DNA of 45,620 bases, from assembly GCA_030694005.1 (NCBI GenBank), contig JAUXZG010000021.1:1-45620 (forward strand). The letters run 5' to 3'. The notes beneath the pieces were generated by a model that saw only the letters and a list, made by a program, of their open reading frames with translations, ran no database searches and was not told the origin of the DNA. Source of the DNA: Desulfobaccales bacterium. Lineage in GTDB: Bacteria > Desulfobacterota > Desulfobaccia > Desulfobaccales > 0-14-0-80-60-11. Positions 26,756-34,106 of this stretch are shown here, piece by piece. Position 1 is the first letter of the stretch. Every line of letters starts with the position of its first letter. Both the position numbers and the translations under genes were made by a program.

Positions 26756-27424
26756 TCACAAACTATCCAGCCAGCCCAGGATCACCCGGCTGATTTCTTC
26801 CAGCAGTTCCGGGGCCATGGTGTCCCCGCCGGTCTCAAAGGAGTGACCCGCGCCCGGGATCACATGAAGGTCGCTCCGCACCGGTATGTGGCCCAGCACC
26901 TGGCCCAGCAGGTCCAGGCGACAGAATGGATCGCGCCCGCCTTCGATGAACAATACCGGGCAAGGCAACTGGTAAAGGGGCTGATCCCTGAGCTTCTCCG
27001 GTTTCCCTGGCGGGTGCAAGGGATAGCCCAGAAAAATCAGGCCGTTGGCCCCCACATCTTGAGCCACCAATTGGGCCGCCAGGCGAGCGCCCATAGATTT
27101 GCCGCCCAAAAACATCTCCAGCCCCTTGAATTCTTCCAGTTCGCCCACATACTCCAGCACCAGGCGGAAGACCCCTTCCAGGGCTTCATCCGAGTCCGGG
27201 TGTTTCCGGCCCTCCTCGGCGTAAGGAAAATTGAAGCGCACGGTCACCAGCCCCTGGCGGGCCAGACGTTCATGGAGCCCGACAATCAGCGGCTGGTCCA
27301 TATTGTTGTTGGCCCCATGGGCCAGGACCAAAATGGCCTGCATGGTGGTGCTGCGGGGAACTCCCATAATTACCCGAATCTGGCGATCCGGCCCCACGGG
27401 CAAGGTTAACGGGTGAATCTCCAT
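26756..27424 (-). CDS. alpha/beta hydrolase (dienelactone-hydrolase / COG3571-like)
   Basis: 222 aa. Nucleophile elbow 'GGKSMGA', 'GYPLHPPGKPE' and 'IPGAGHSF'. Confidence 0.7.
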   Translation of the reverse strand: MEIHPLTLPVGPDRQIRVIMGVPRSTTMQAILVLAHGANNNMDQPLIVGLHERLARQGLVTVRFNFPYAEEGRKHPDSDEALEGVFRLVLEYVGELEEFKGLEMFLGGKSMGARLAAQLVAQDVGANGLIFLGYPLHPPGKPEKLRDQPLYQLPCPVLFIEGGRDPFCRLDLLGQVLGHIPVRSDLHVIPGAGHSFETGGDTMAPELLEEISRVILGWLDSL

Positions 27425-27667
27425 AGTCCCCTCTTGGCGTGGTGAGATGGGCCACTGCCACTATAACTACATAAGAATATTATCATAAATATGTCCCCAC
27501 CCTACTTAGCTCACCGTAATCCGGGTAACGGCATAATGCTGGGATCCTTTAAGGCACCTCTCCGGCGGCCGGGTTGGCTATAAAATACCACGAAAATCCT
27601 TCCGAGTCTAATTTCCCTCACTTACCCTAAACACCCGCAGATGAGGTAACTTAAAGGGCGGAACCAG

Positions 27668-28354
27668 CTACCCATCTCCCCCGGAGGCAATATTAGCCGC
27701 GTCTTTAAGGAGCAGCCTTAAGGGGTGTAAGTCCGCCAGCCGGTGCGTGAGGCCGGTGCCGTCCCGCCAGGGGACCAGATGTTCCCAGCCGCCCAGATGC
27801 ACTACCCGGCGTCCGGCGGCGACCAGCTGCTTCAAGCGCCTGGCCAGGAACCGCTCTCTCTTCAAGGCCTCCGGCGGTGCTTGTGGATAAAGCCGCCAGG
27901 GCGGCCGCTGGAAAGCCAGGGCGGCGCGGTGAAATTCCCCGGCCACGAAATCCTCCAAAAACCCGTCGCCAGTGGCCAACAGGGTTTTAATATTGGCCGG
28001 ACTGAGAACCTCCTGGCTATATCTGGGCAGATGCCGACGGGCCGGGGCACTTAGGTCCACCGGTAGCCAGGAAATGCCGTGATCGCGGCACCAGTCTCGG
28101 GCCACCCGCACCTCAAAGGGCAGAGCTACCTGGGCCGCAACGCGCTGGATGGCCAGGTGCCCCCGGGCCGAGGGCGGCAATTCCTCGAGAGCCTGTTCAA
28201 AAAGACGCACCCAGCGCTTCTCCTGCCGCCGGCGGTAATTGAGCGAGAAGCGGCTGATTTCCACGGTGATGAGCTCCGGACGCAGGTGCTCCAGCAGCTT
28301 CCAGGCCCGCTCATACCCCTTAGGGTCGCCATGCACCGTGCCGATGAGGATGAG
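27668..28354 (-). CDS. TraB/GumN-like protein; start codon unresolved
   Basis: The conserved part begins 'LILIGTVHGDP...ITVEISR' at ~28354, directly abutting repeat copy 4. No ATG lies between them. The only upstream starts (ATG 28519, GTG 28552) would translate the repeat. Confidence 0.5.
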   Translation of the reverse strand, partial: LILIGTVHGDPKGYERAWKLLEHLRPELITVEISRFSLNYRRRQEKRWVRLFEQALEELPPSARGHLAIQRVAAQVALPFEVRVARDWCRDHGISWLPVDLSAPARRHLPRYSQEVLSPANIKTLLATGDGFLEDFVAGEFHRAALAFQRPPWRLYPQAPPEALKRERFLARRLKQLVAAGRRVVHLGGWEHLVPWRDGTGLTHRLADLHPLRLLLKDAANIASGGDG

Positions 28355-28357
28355 GGA

Positions 28358-28478
28358 ATTTGGGGGAGGGCTGGGGGAATTTTTTGTACCAGGTTCCCTC
28401 ACCCTCCCCCAAACCCCCTCCCATCCCCCTTTATGAGGGCTGGAGAAGGCGGGGCCTTTGACCCCGCCTTCTCCAGCC
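28358..28478. repeat. G/C-run modular palindromic element, copy 4
   Basis: TTGGGGGAGGG...CCCTCCCCCAA hairpin, then CCCCCTTTATGAGGG and a GGCTGGAGAAGGCGGGGC-CTTTGA-CCCCGCCTTCTCCAGCC hairpin. Confidence 0.8.
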
Positions 28479-28591
28479 GAAAAGTCTTTTGAGATTTGGG
28501 GGTTATGGTCTTGAAGCATCTGCGTTAAATCAGCCCTTGCCCCTGGTGGCACAGGCTTCCAGTCTGTGCCTCTTTTAAAATACTATCATAA

Positions 28592-30097
28592 TCAATCCTG
28601 CACAAAATGGCGGCCCTCCTTCAAAGCCATTTCCGCCTTGGCCAATTGGCGTCCCAAATATATGGCGTGGTTGAGGTCGGATAGGGCTTCGTCCCGGGCG
28701 ATCTGGTGCTGCAGGGAAACCGCGGTTTTGCCCCGGTATTCCTTCAGGGTCACGTCCTCGAAGCGGTGCTCCACCAGGATCTCCTCACCGTCTAGGGTGA
28801 TGCGGAAATAACCCATGGGGTCCAGGCTCACTCCGTAAGGGCGTTTGCCGATGACCATCAGAGCCCGGTCCAGTTCCCGGGGGTCCAGGCCCAGGGAGTG
28901 GCTTACGACAATGATGGCCCCGGAGGGCAGCCCCACCCTATCAGCCACCCAGTTCTGGATGGCCATCAGGCCATAAACATTGAGGGGCCAGGCGTCCAGG
29001 GCGTTGTGGGTGCGGAAGGTGGCGCTCAAGGTCAATTTTGTTTCAAACTTCCTAAAAAACAGCGACACCAAACAGGGGCGGCCTTCTTGCACCGTCAGGT
29101 CCCTAGCAGTGTCCCACAGGGCCAGGTAGGACTTGCGGTCCTGTGGGTCTTTCTTCAAGCGTTCAGCGCACGCCGCCAGGGTGTCCAGGCCGAAGTAGGT
29201 TCGCAGGCGGTGACCGTAATGGTAAGTTTCATCCGGGCGCAGTTCTCCCTTAAGGATGTCCTCCTGGTAGGTTCTGAGCCTCGCGGGATCGAGATTCACG
29301 GCCTGGAGCTCCTCTGCCGCCTCGAACTGGGGCTTTTCCACCACCACCTTCACATGCTGCAACTCCAGGCGGTCCCCCTTTTTCAAGGTCACCCGCCGGC
29401 CGAAGCGGGTCAGCAAATATAAAATTTCCTTCCAGGCCTCCAAAGGGGTATCCTGCACCACCTGGAAGGCCCGGGGGTTGCTGGGAAAATATGCTATCTC
29501 AACTTCGGGCAGGGAAATCTGCCGCCGGGGCAATTCTGGCCAGGGTTGTGGTTGCCATGAAGCAAAGAAATTCCGGATGCTTTGGATGGTTTCTTCTTTT
29601 TGAGGGTCTCCCAGCCAGAGCAACCGGGGAATCTGGGGGAAATGTTCCGGCCGCACCATATCGTCCAGCAGCCGGCGGGTGTTAATGATGCGAGCCGGAG
29701 CCACCTCTATCCCCGGCACCGGACTCCGATATTGCACCAGGGAACCGGCCACCGGCTCCAGGCCTGCCTCGAAGAAGTTGACCAGCTCTTCCCGGGAGCC
29801 GGAGCGGTCATGGCCGCAGAGTAAAAGCACTTGAATCTGGGGATTGTAGAGCAAATTCCGCAGCATCTCCCTCAAGCCATTGCCGTACAGGGTGCCAAAG
29901 ACCGCAATGGGGCTGGAGGCCGGATTCAGGTCCACCCCGGCCTGCCGGAAGCGCCCCACAACATACTCAACCTTCGACCACAAGGTCACAACCCCTATAC
30001 TTCCAAAGGGATTAATCATGCTCAGGCGGTCGCCAAAATAAAGGGGCTTAAATTCCATCTCTGCGGCAACTATACCAAAAACTGTTTTTAAGGGCAA
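28592..30097 (-). CDS. multidomain protein: unknown N-terminal domain, thymidylate-synthase-like fold and C-terminal DUF4346 (pterin-binding-associated) domain
   Basis: 'DPQDRKSYLALWD', 'RPCLVSLFFRKF...TFRTHNALDAWPLNVYGL...VVSHSLGLD' parallels the ThyA core motifs. The C-terminus 'MGYFRITLDGEEILVEH...HAIYLGRQLAKAEMALKEGRHFVQD' is DUF4346-like. Confidence 0.6.
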   Translation of the reverse strand: MPLKTVFGIVAAEMEFKPLYFGDRLSMINPFGSIGVVTLWSKVEYVVGRFRQAGVDLNPASSPIAVFGTLYGNGLREMLRNLLYNPQIQVLLLCGHDRSGSREELVNFFEAGLEPVAGSLVQYRSPVPGIEVAPARIINTRRLLDDMVRPEHFPQIPRLLWLGDPQKEETIQSIRNFFASWQPQPWPELPRRQISLPEVEIAYFPSNPRAFQVVQDTPLEAWKEILYLLTRFGRRVTLKKGDRLELQHVKVVVEKPQFEAAEELQAVNLDPARLRTYQEDILKGELRPDETYHYGHRLRTYFGLDTLAACAERLKKDPQDRKSYLALWDTARDLTVQEGRPCLVSLFFRKFETKLTLSATFRTHNALDAWPLNVYGLMAIQNWVADRVGLPSGAIIVVSHSLGLDPRELDRALMVIGKRPYGVSLDPMGYFRITLDGEEILVEHRFEDVTLKEYRGKTAVSLQHQIARDEALSDLNHAIYLGRQLAKAEMALKEGRHFVQD

Positions 30098-30297
30098 AGG
30101 ACTACAGGAACGCTTAGCGGCTCAGGGAAATTTGTCTTATGGGGCAGAGGTGGATAAAAATGCCGTTGACGCTTTAGGGAAATTACCCCATCTTCGGCAC
30201 GCCAAGGTGGGCTTGAAGGAGGTGAAGGGATAATATATCATAGGAAAGAAACTGTTGCACCGCATCCTTATCTGATGGTAGGAGAAAAGAGAGTAAA

Positions 30298-30306
30298 TGG
30301 TATAAT
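30298..30306 (+). promoter_or_regulatory. candidate extended -10 element (TGGTATAAT) for the GAF gene
   Basis: TGnTATAAT lies 74 nt upstream of ATG 30380 in an AT-rich spacer. The -35 is weak. Confidence 0.3.
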
Positions 30307-30379
30307 GCATATCTAGGTTTAGCACACTGACATTCGCATCCGGGATGATGCTGATTTAAACAAGGGAGGGCCGGCCGTT

Positions 30380-31447
30380 ATGTCGTTTAAAGAAAGGATG
30401 TATCTCCGGAGTTTTCAGGAGATCAGCAAGATCCTGGCCTCCACCCTGGCGGTGGACGAAGTGCTGGATCAAATCGTGCGTCAAATCACCGAAGTCATGA
30501 ATCTTAAAGGGGCCACCATCCGGCTGGTCAACCCCAGGACCAACACCCTGGAGTTGGTGGCCGCCGTGGGCCTGAGTGAAAAGTACCTGAAAAAGGGCCA
30601 GGTGGACCTGGACAAAAGTATCGCTGAAGCCTTGAGCGGCAGGCCGGTGGCCATCTTTGACGCCACCACCGATTCCCGCTTGCAGTATCCTGAGCACGCC
30701 AAAGAAGAAGGCATCGCCACTATGGTGGCCATCCCCATGGTGTCCAAGGGCAAGGTCATCGGGGTCATGCGTCTGGTGAGCGGCGAACCCCGGGAATTCA
30801 CCATGGAAGAGGTGGATTTCGCCTGTGCCGTGGCGGAATTGGGGGCTCAGGCCATCAGCAATGCCAAGATGTACGAAGCCCGCATCAAAGAACTCAATCT
30901 TCTCAAGGGCCTGCTGGAGATCTCTAAGGCGGTGAACTCCGCCCTGGATGTGAAAAAGGTGCTCCATCTGCTGGTAAAGACCGCCACCACCGCCCTGGAT
31001 ATCAAGGCCGCGGCCGTGCGCCTGCTGGATGAAAAGCGCCAAATGATGGAATTGGTAGCCTCCTACGGGCTGAGCGACCGCTACATCAAAAAGGGCCCGG
31101 TGGGGACTGATAAATCTATCACCGAAGCCATGATGGGCAAGGCGGTGTCCATCTACGATGTGGGTCAGGACCCCCGGGCTACTTATCCCAAAGAGGCTGA
31201 GGAAGAAGGCATCAAATCCATCCTGAGCGTTCCCATCAACCTGAAAGGAAAAGTTATCGGGGTGATGCGCATCTATTCCAGCGAGCCCCGGGATTTCAGC
31301 GACGACGAAATAACCTTCATTTCCTCCCTGGCGGAACACGCCGCCCTGGCCATGGAAAACGCCCGCCTGTACCAGAAGCTCAAAGGGGAATACGAAGAAC
31401 TCATGGGCGACCTGTACCGCTTCACCGGCTTTACGCGGGGGATTTAG
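30380..31447 (+). CDS. tandem GAF-domain protein with no output domain
   Basis: Two ~150-aa repeats with matching motifs ('ATIRLVNPRTNTLELVAAVGLSEKYLKKG' and 'AAVRLLDEKRQMMELVASYGLSDRYIKKG'; 'GKVIGVMRL' in the first, 'GKVIGVMRI' in the second). Confidence 0.8.
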   Translation: MSFKERMYLRSFQEISKILASTLAVDEVLDQIVRQITEVMNLKGATIRLVNPRTNTLELVAAVGLSEKYLKKGQVDLDKSIAEALSGRPVAIFDATTDSRLQYPEHAKEEGIATMVAIPMVSKGKVIGVMRLVSGEPREFTMEEVDFACAVAELGAQAISNAKMYEARIKELNLLKGLLEISKAVNSALDVKKVLHLLVKTATTALDIKAAAVRLLDEKRQMMELVASYGLSDRYIKKGPVGTDKSITEAMMGKAVSIYDVGQDPRATYPKEAEEEGIKSILSVPINLKGKVIGVMRIYSSEPRDFSDDEITFISSLAEHAALAMENARLYQKLKGEYEELMGDLYRFTGFTRGI

Positions 31448-31450
31448 AAG

Positions 31451-31669
31451 GCTGGGGAGGAATTTTTTGTAAGGGGAGTGCTGGGGGAATTTTTCGTAAG
31501 TGGTTCCCCCACCCTCCCCTCAAACTCCCCTCCCAACCCCCTTTATGGGGGCCGGAGAAGGCGGGGCCGCAGGCCCCACCTTCTCCGGCCTTATTAAATC
31601 CGTAAGGGGTTGGGGGAGGGAGCTTGGGGGAGGGGGCAGGGGTCTGCGACCCCTGGCCCCCTCCCCCAA
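31451..31669. repeat. G/C-run modular palindromic element, copy 5 (most complete)
   Basis: Hairpin 1, C-run arm, CCCCCTTTATGGGGG, hairpin 2 (GGCCGGAGAAGGCGGGGCC-GCA-GGCCCCACCTTCTCCGGCC), G-run arm and hairpin 3 (GGGGGCAGGGGTC-TGC-GACCCCTGGCCCCC) ending CCCTCCCCCAA. Confidence 0.85.
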
Positions 31670-31699
31670 TCATTTCCCCCTCTCAACCCAGGAGGAGAG

Positions 31700-32032
31700 A
31701 TGTCTCATTATTATGAGGAGCGTGATCTGGAGCGCTTCGGTGAAATCGGCAAGTATTGTCCGGACCTCTATGAGCGTTTTATGGGCTACTATCAGGCGGT
31801 GATGGCTGCCGGGGCCTTGAGCGGGCGGGAAAAGGCCCTCATCGCCTTGGCGGTGGCCCATGCCGTCCAGTGTCCCTATTGCATCGACGCTTATACCCGG
31901 GGTTCTTTAGAGGCCGGCTCCAACCTGGAAGAGATGACCGAGGCCATCCATGTGGCCACCGCCATCCGGGGCGGCGCCGCCCTTATCCACGGCCTCCAGG
32001 TCCACAATGCCGCGGCCAAGATCAGTATTTAG
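31700..32032 (+). CDS. AhpD/carboxymuconolactone-decarboxylase-like 'arsenosugar biosynthesis-associated peroxidase-like protein' (TIGR04169 type)
   Basis: GGAGGA 4 nt upstream of the ATG. 'ALIALAVAHAVQCPYCIDAYT' carries the CxxC motif. 110 aa. The track ORF from 31610 runs through the repeat. Confidence 0.8.
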   Translation: MSHYYEERDLERFGEIGKYCPDLYERFMGYYQAVMAAGALSGREKALIALAVAHAVQCPYCIDAYTRGSLEAGSNLEEMTEAIHVATAIRGGAALIHGLQVHNAAAKISI

Positions 32033-32044
32033 AGAAAAGACCTG

Positions 32045-33007
32045 ATGGTCCCTTTTGCCCAGAGGTTGGAGCACCTGGGTTATGCTGAACTAAAGGCCTC
32101 TCAGGTCAATATTTTACAGGTAAACTTGGGTTGGCGCTGCAATCAATCCTGCAAACATTGTCACTTGCTGGCCGGTCCGCACCGCCCGGAACAGATGGAG
32201 GCCGACACCATTGAGGAGGTCATCCGGGTGGTGCAACGCTGGTCTCTCCCCCTGGTGGACCTCACCGGCGGCGCGCCGGAACTTAACCCGCATTTCGAGT
32301 ACCTGGTGGACCGCCTTCATGAACTGGGGACCCACATCATCAGCCGGTCTAATTTGACCGTGCTCCTGGAACCCGGCAAAGAGCATCTGCCGGAGTTTTT
32401 CCGGGATCGGCGGGTGGAATTGATCTGCTCTTTGCCGTATTATCAAGAAGAACCGGTGGACCGCCTGCGGGGCCCCGGGGCCTTTAAGAAAAGTCTTAAG
32501 GCCCTGCGGCGGCTCAATCGCCTGGGCTACGGCCAGAAGGACTCGGACCTCAAGCTGCACCTGATGTACAACCCGGCCGGGGCTTACTTCCCGCCGGAAC
32601 CGGGCCCCTTAGAAGCCCTCTTTCGCCGGGAACTGGCAGCCCACTATGATATTCACTTCCACCACCTGTACACCTTGCTAAACATGCCCATCGGCCGCTT
32701 CAAGGAATACTTGCAAAAATCCGGCAACTACGAACGCTACCTGGGGAGACTGATGGCCGGCTTTAATCCCGCCACCGTGGACGGCCTCATGTGCCGGTAC
32801 CTCATCAGCGTCTCCTGGGAAGGACACCTCTTCGACTGCGACTTCAACCAGGCCCTGGACCTACCCTTGACCCCAGGCCTGCCCCAAACCATCTGGGAGT
32901 TCGAACTCCCCACTCTCAGGACCCGGCCCATCCACCTGGGAGACCATTGCTACGGCTGCACCGCCGGCACCGGCTCCTCCTGCGGGGGCAGGTTGGTGGA
33001 GGGGTGA
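32045..33007 (+). CDS. arsS: radical SAM / Cys-rich domain protein ArsS (TIGR04167 type), Cys form
   Basis: 'LQVNLGWRCNQSCKHCH' (CxxxCxxC), 'DLTGGAPELNP', 'MCRYLISVSWEGHLFDCDFNQ' and a C-terminal 'HCYGCTAGTGSSCGG'. Confidence 0.85.
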   Translation: MVPFAQRLEHLGYAELKASQVNILQVNLGWRCNQSCKHCHLLAGPHRPEQMEADTIEEVIRVVQRWSLPLVDLTGGAPELNPHFEYLVDRLHELGTHIISRSNLTVLLEPGKEHLPEFFRDRRVELICSLPYYQEEPVDRLRGPGAFKKSLKALRRLNRLGYGQKDSDLKLHLMYNPAGAYFPPEPGPLEALFRRELAAHYDIHFHHLYTLLNMPIGRFKEYLQKSGNYERYLGRLMAGFNPATVDGLMCRYLISVSWEGHLFDCDFNQALDLPLTPGLPQTIWEFELPTLRTRPIHLGDHCYGCTAGTGSSCGGRLVEG

Positions 33008-33012
33008 TGGTA

Positions 33013-33205
33013 TTTGAGGGGAGGGTGGGGGAGCGAGGCTCCCCCACCCTCCCCTCAAACTCACCTCCCCACCCCCTGAAATGGGCCGGGTAAGGCGGGG
33101 CCTTTGGCCCCGACTTACCCGGCCAAACTTAAGGGATTGGGGGTGGGGGTGGGGGGGAGTTTTTTGTAAGGGTAAGGGCCTGCGGCCCTTAGCCCCCTCC
33201 CCCAC
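33013..33205. repeat. G/C-run modular palindromic element, copy 6
   Basis: Perfect 19-bp stem (33013-33031 / 33041-33059), a middle hairpin at ~33086-33122, and a G-run tract plus a GTAAGGGCC-TGC-GGCCCTTAG hairpin ending CCCCCTCCCCCA. Confidence 0.85.
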
Positions 33206-33932
33206 ACATCAAATCCCCCCGCTTCGGCCAGCGGTGGGTGAAGGTGCGTTCTGCCAGGTGGAGGGCCAAAAGGAGCCAGTGGTTCAGGGTGGTGCGGAAG
33301 TAGCCGTTTTCCAGCCAGCGGCGGCCGGAGCTGGCCACCGGAGGGGTGAGAAGGCGCAGTCGGGCCAGGCGTTTCAGCCTAATCACCAGGTCCAGGTCTT
33401 CCGGACGGCGGTGGGCAAAGCCGCCCAGGGCAAAGAACAGGTCCCGCCTTAAGGTAAGGACCTGGTCGCCATAGGGCAGGCCGAAAAGGCGGCTGCGCCA
33501 GTTGGCTCCCCAGGCGATAAACTTAAGGGCCGGAAACGGCGGGGTCAGGGTTACCTCAAAGGCCCCGGCGGCAAAGAGTGGGTCCGCCGCGGCCTGGCGC
33601 AGGGCCGTTAGGTGGGGTGGCCCGAAAGCAGTGTCGGCGTGGAGGAAAACCAAAATATCTCCCCGGGCGGCCCGGACGCCGGCGTTCATCTGGCGCCCCC
33701 GGCCCCGGGGAGCCTTAAGCCGACACAGGTGCGGGTAACCCTCAGCCACTTGCCAGGTCCCGTCGGTGCTGCCGCCGTCCACCAGGATGACCTCCACATC
33801 CTGGGCAGCGGGCAGCCCGGCCAGAATCCCCGGCAAAACACGGGCCTCGTTTAGGACTGGGATGATGATGGAGATGAGTGGTTTTGAGGGGAGGGCTGGG
33901 GGACCGCAGGCCCTCTTACAATCTCCCCTCAA
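33189..33932 (-). CDS. GT2-type 'TIGR04283 family' glycosyltransferase (rSAM/selenodomain-associated transferase 2); start unresolved
   Basis: 'ISIIIPVLNE...EVILVDGGSTDGT...RGRQMNAG...ILVFLHADT'. No ATG lies between the conserved domain (~33881) and repeat copy 7. Candidate starts are TTG 33932 and GTG 33941 inside the repeat. The stop codon lies inside repeat copy 6. Confidence 0.7.
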   Translation of the reverse strand: MRGDCKRACGPPALPSKPLISIIIPVLNEARVLPGILAGLPAAQDVEVILVDGGSTDGTWQVAEGYPHLCRLKAPRGRGRQMNAGVRAARGDILVFLHADTAFGPPHLTALRQAAADPLFAAGAFEVTLTPPFPALKFIAWGANWRSRLFGLPYGDQVLTLRRDLFFALGGFAHRRPEDLDLVIRLKRLARLRLLTPPVASSGRRWLENGYFRTTLNHWLLLALHLAERTFTHRWPKRGDLMCGGGG

Positions 33933-34080
33933 ACTCCCCACCCCACCCCCTTTATGGGGGCCTGGGAAGGGGGGGCCGTGGGCCCCCCCTTCCCAGGCCC
34001 AATAAAAACCCTTTTGGGATTGGGGGAGGGGGATTGGGGGAGGGGGTAAGGGCTTGCAGCCCTTAGCCCCCTCCCCCAAC
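33872..34080. repeat. G/C-run modular palindromic element, copy 7
   Basis: Same three-hairpin order as copy 5. It fills the divergent spacer between the two transferase genes. Confidence 0.85.
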
Positions 34081-34106
34081 ACCCTCTTTCTCCAATCGCT
34101 CATGAT

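Noticed and set aside
30356-31339. Long antisense ORFs opposite well-supported genes (30356-31339, 12584-13402, 6163-6882, 9659-10519, 8962-9651, 42912-43799, 21813-22280, 735-1289, 1340-2113)
   Set aside because: These are typical shadow ORFs of GC-rich coding DNA. They are rich in Arg/Gly/Pro/His with no motifs, and the opposite strand has clear family signatures in every case.
31700-33007. Selenocysteine (in-frame TGA) in the peroxidase-like protein or ArsS, as occurs in some homologs
   Set aside because: The CxxC motif is encoded TGT...TGC and the C-terminal GSSCGG uses TGC. Both ORFs are uninterrupted, so this is the Cys form.
26638-34080. Whether the recurring G/C-run elements could be a CRISPR array
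   Set aside because: The copies are hundreds to thousands of bp apart and separated by genes. They differ in length and module content and are internally palindromic. There are no constant-length spacers and no cas genes in the window.
34101-34103. ATG 34103 (- strand) as the start of the GT2 transferase gene
   Set aside because: It lies 3 nt from the divergent gene's ATG (34107), leaving no room for separate promoters or leaders, and it would add ~75 repeat-encoded residues. It is kept only as an alternative in the finding on unresolved starts.
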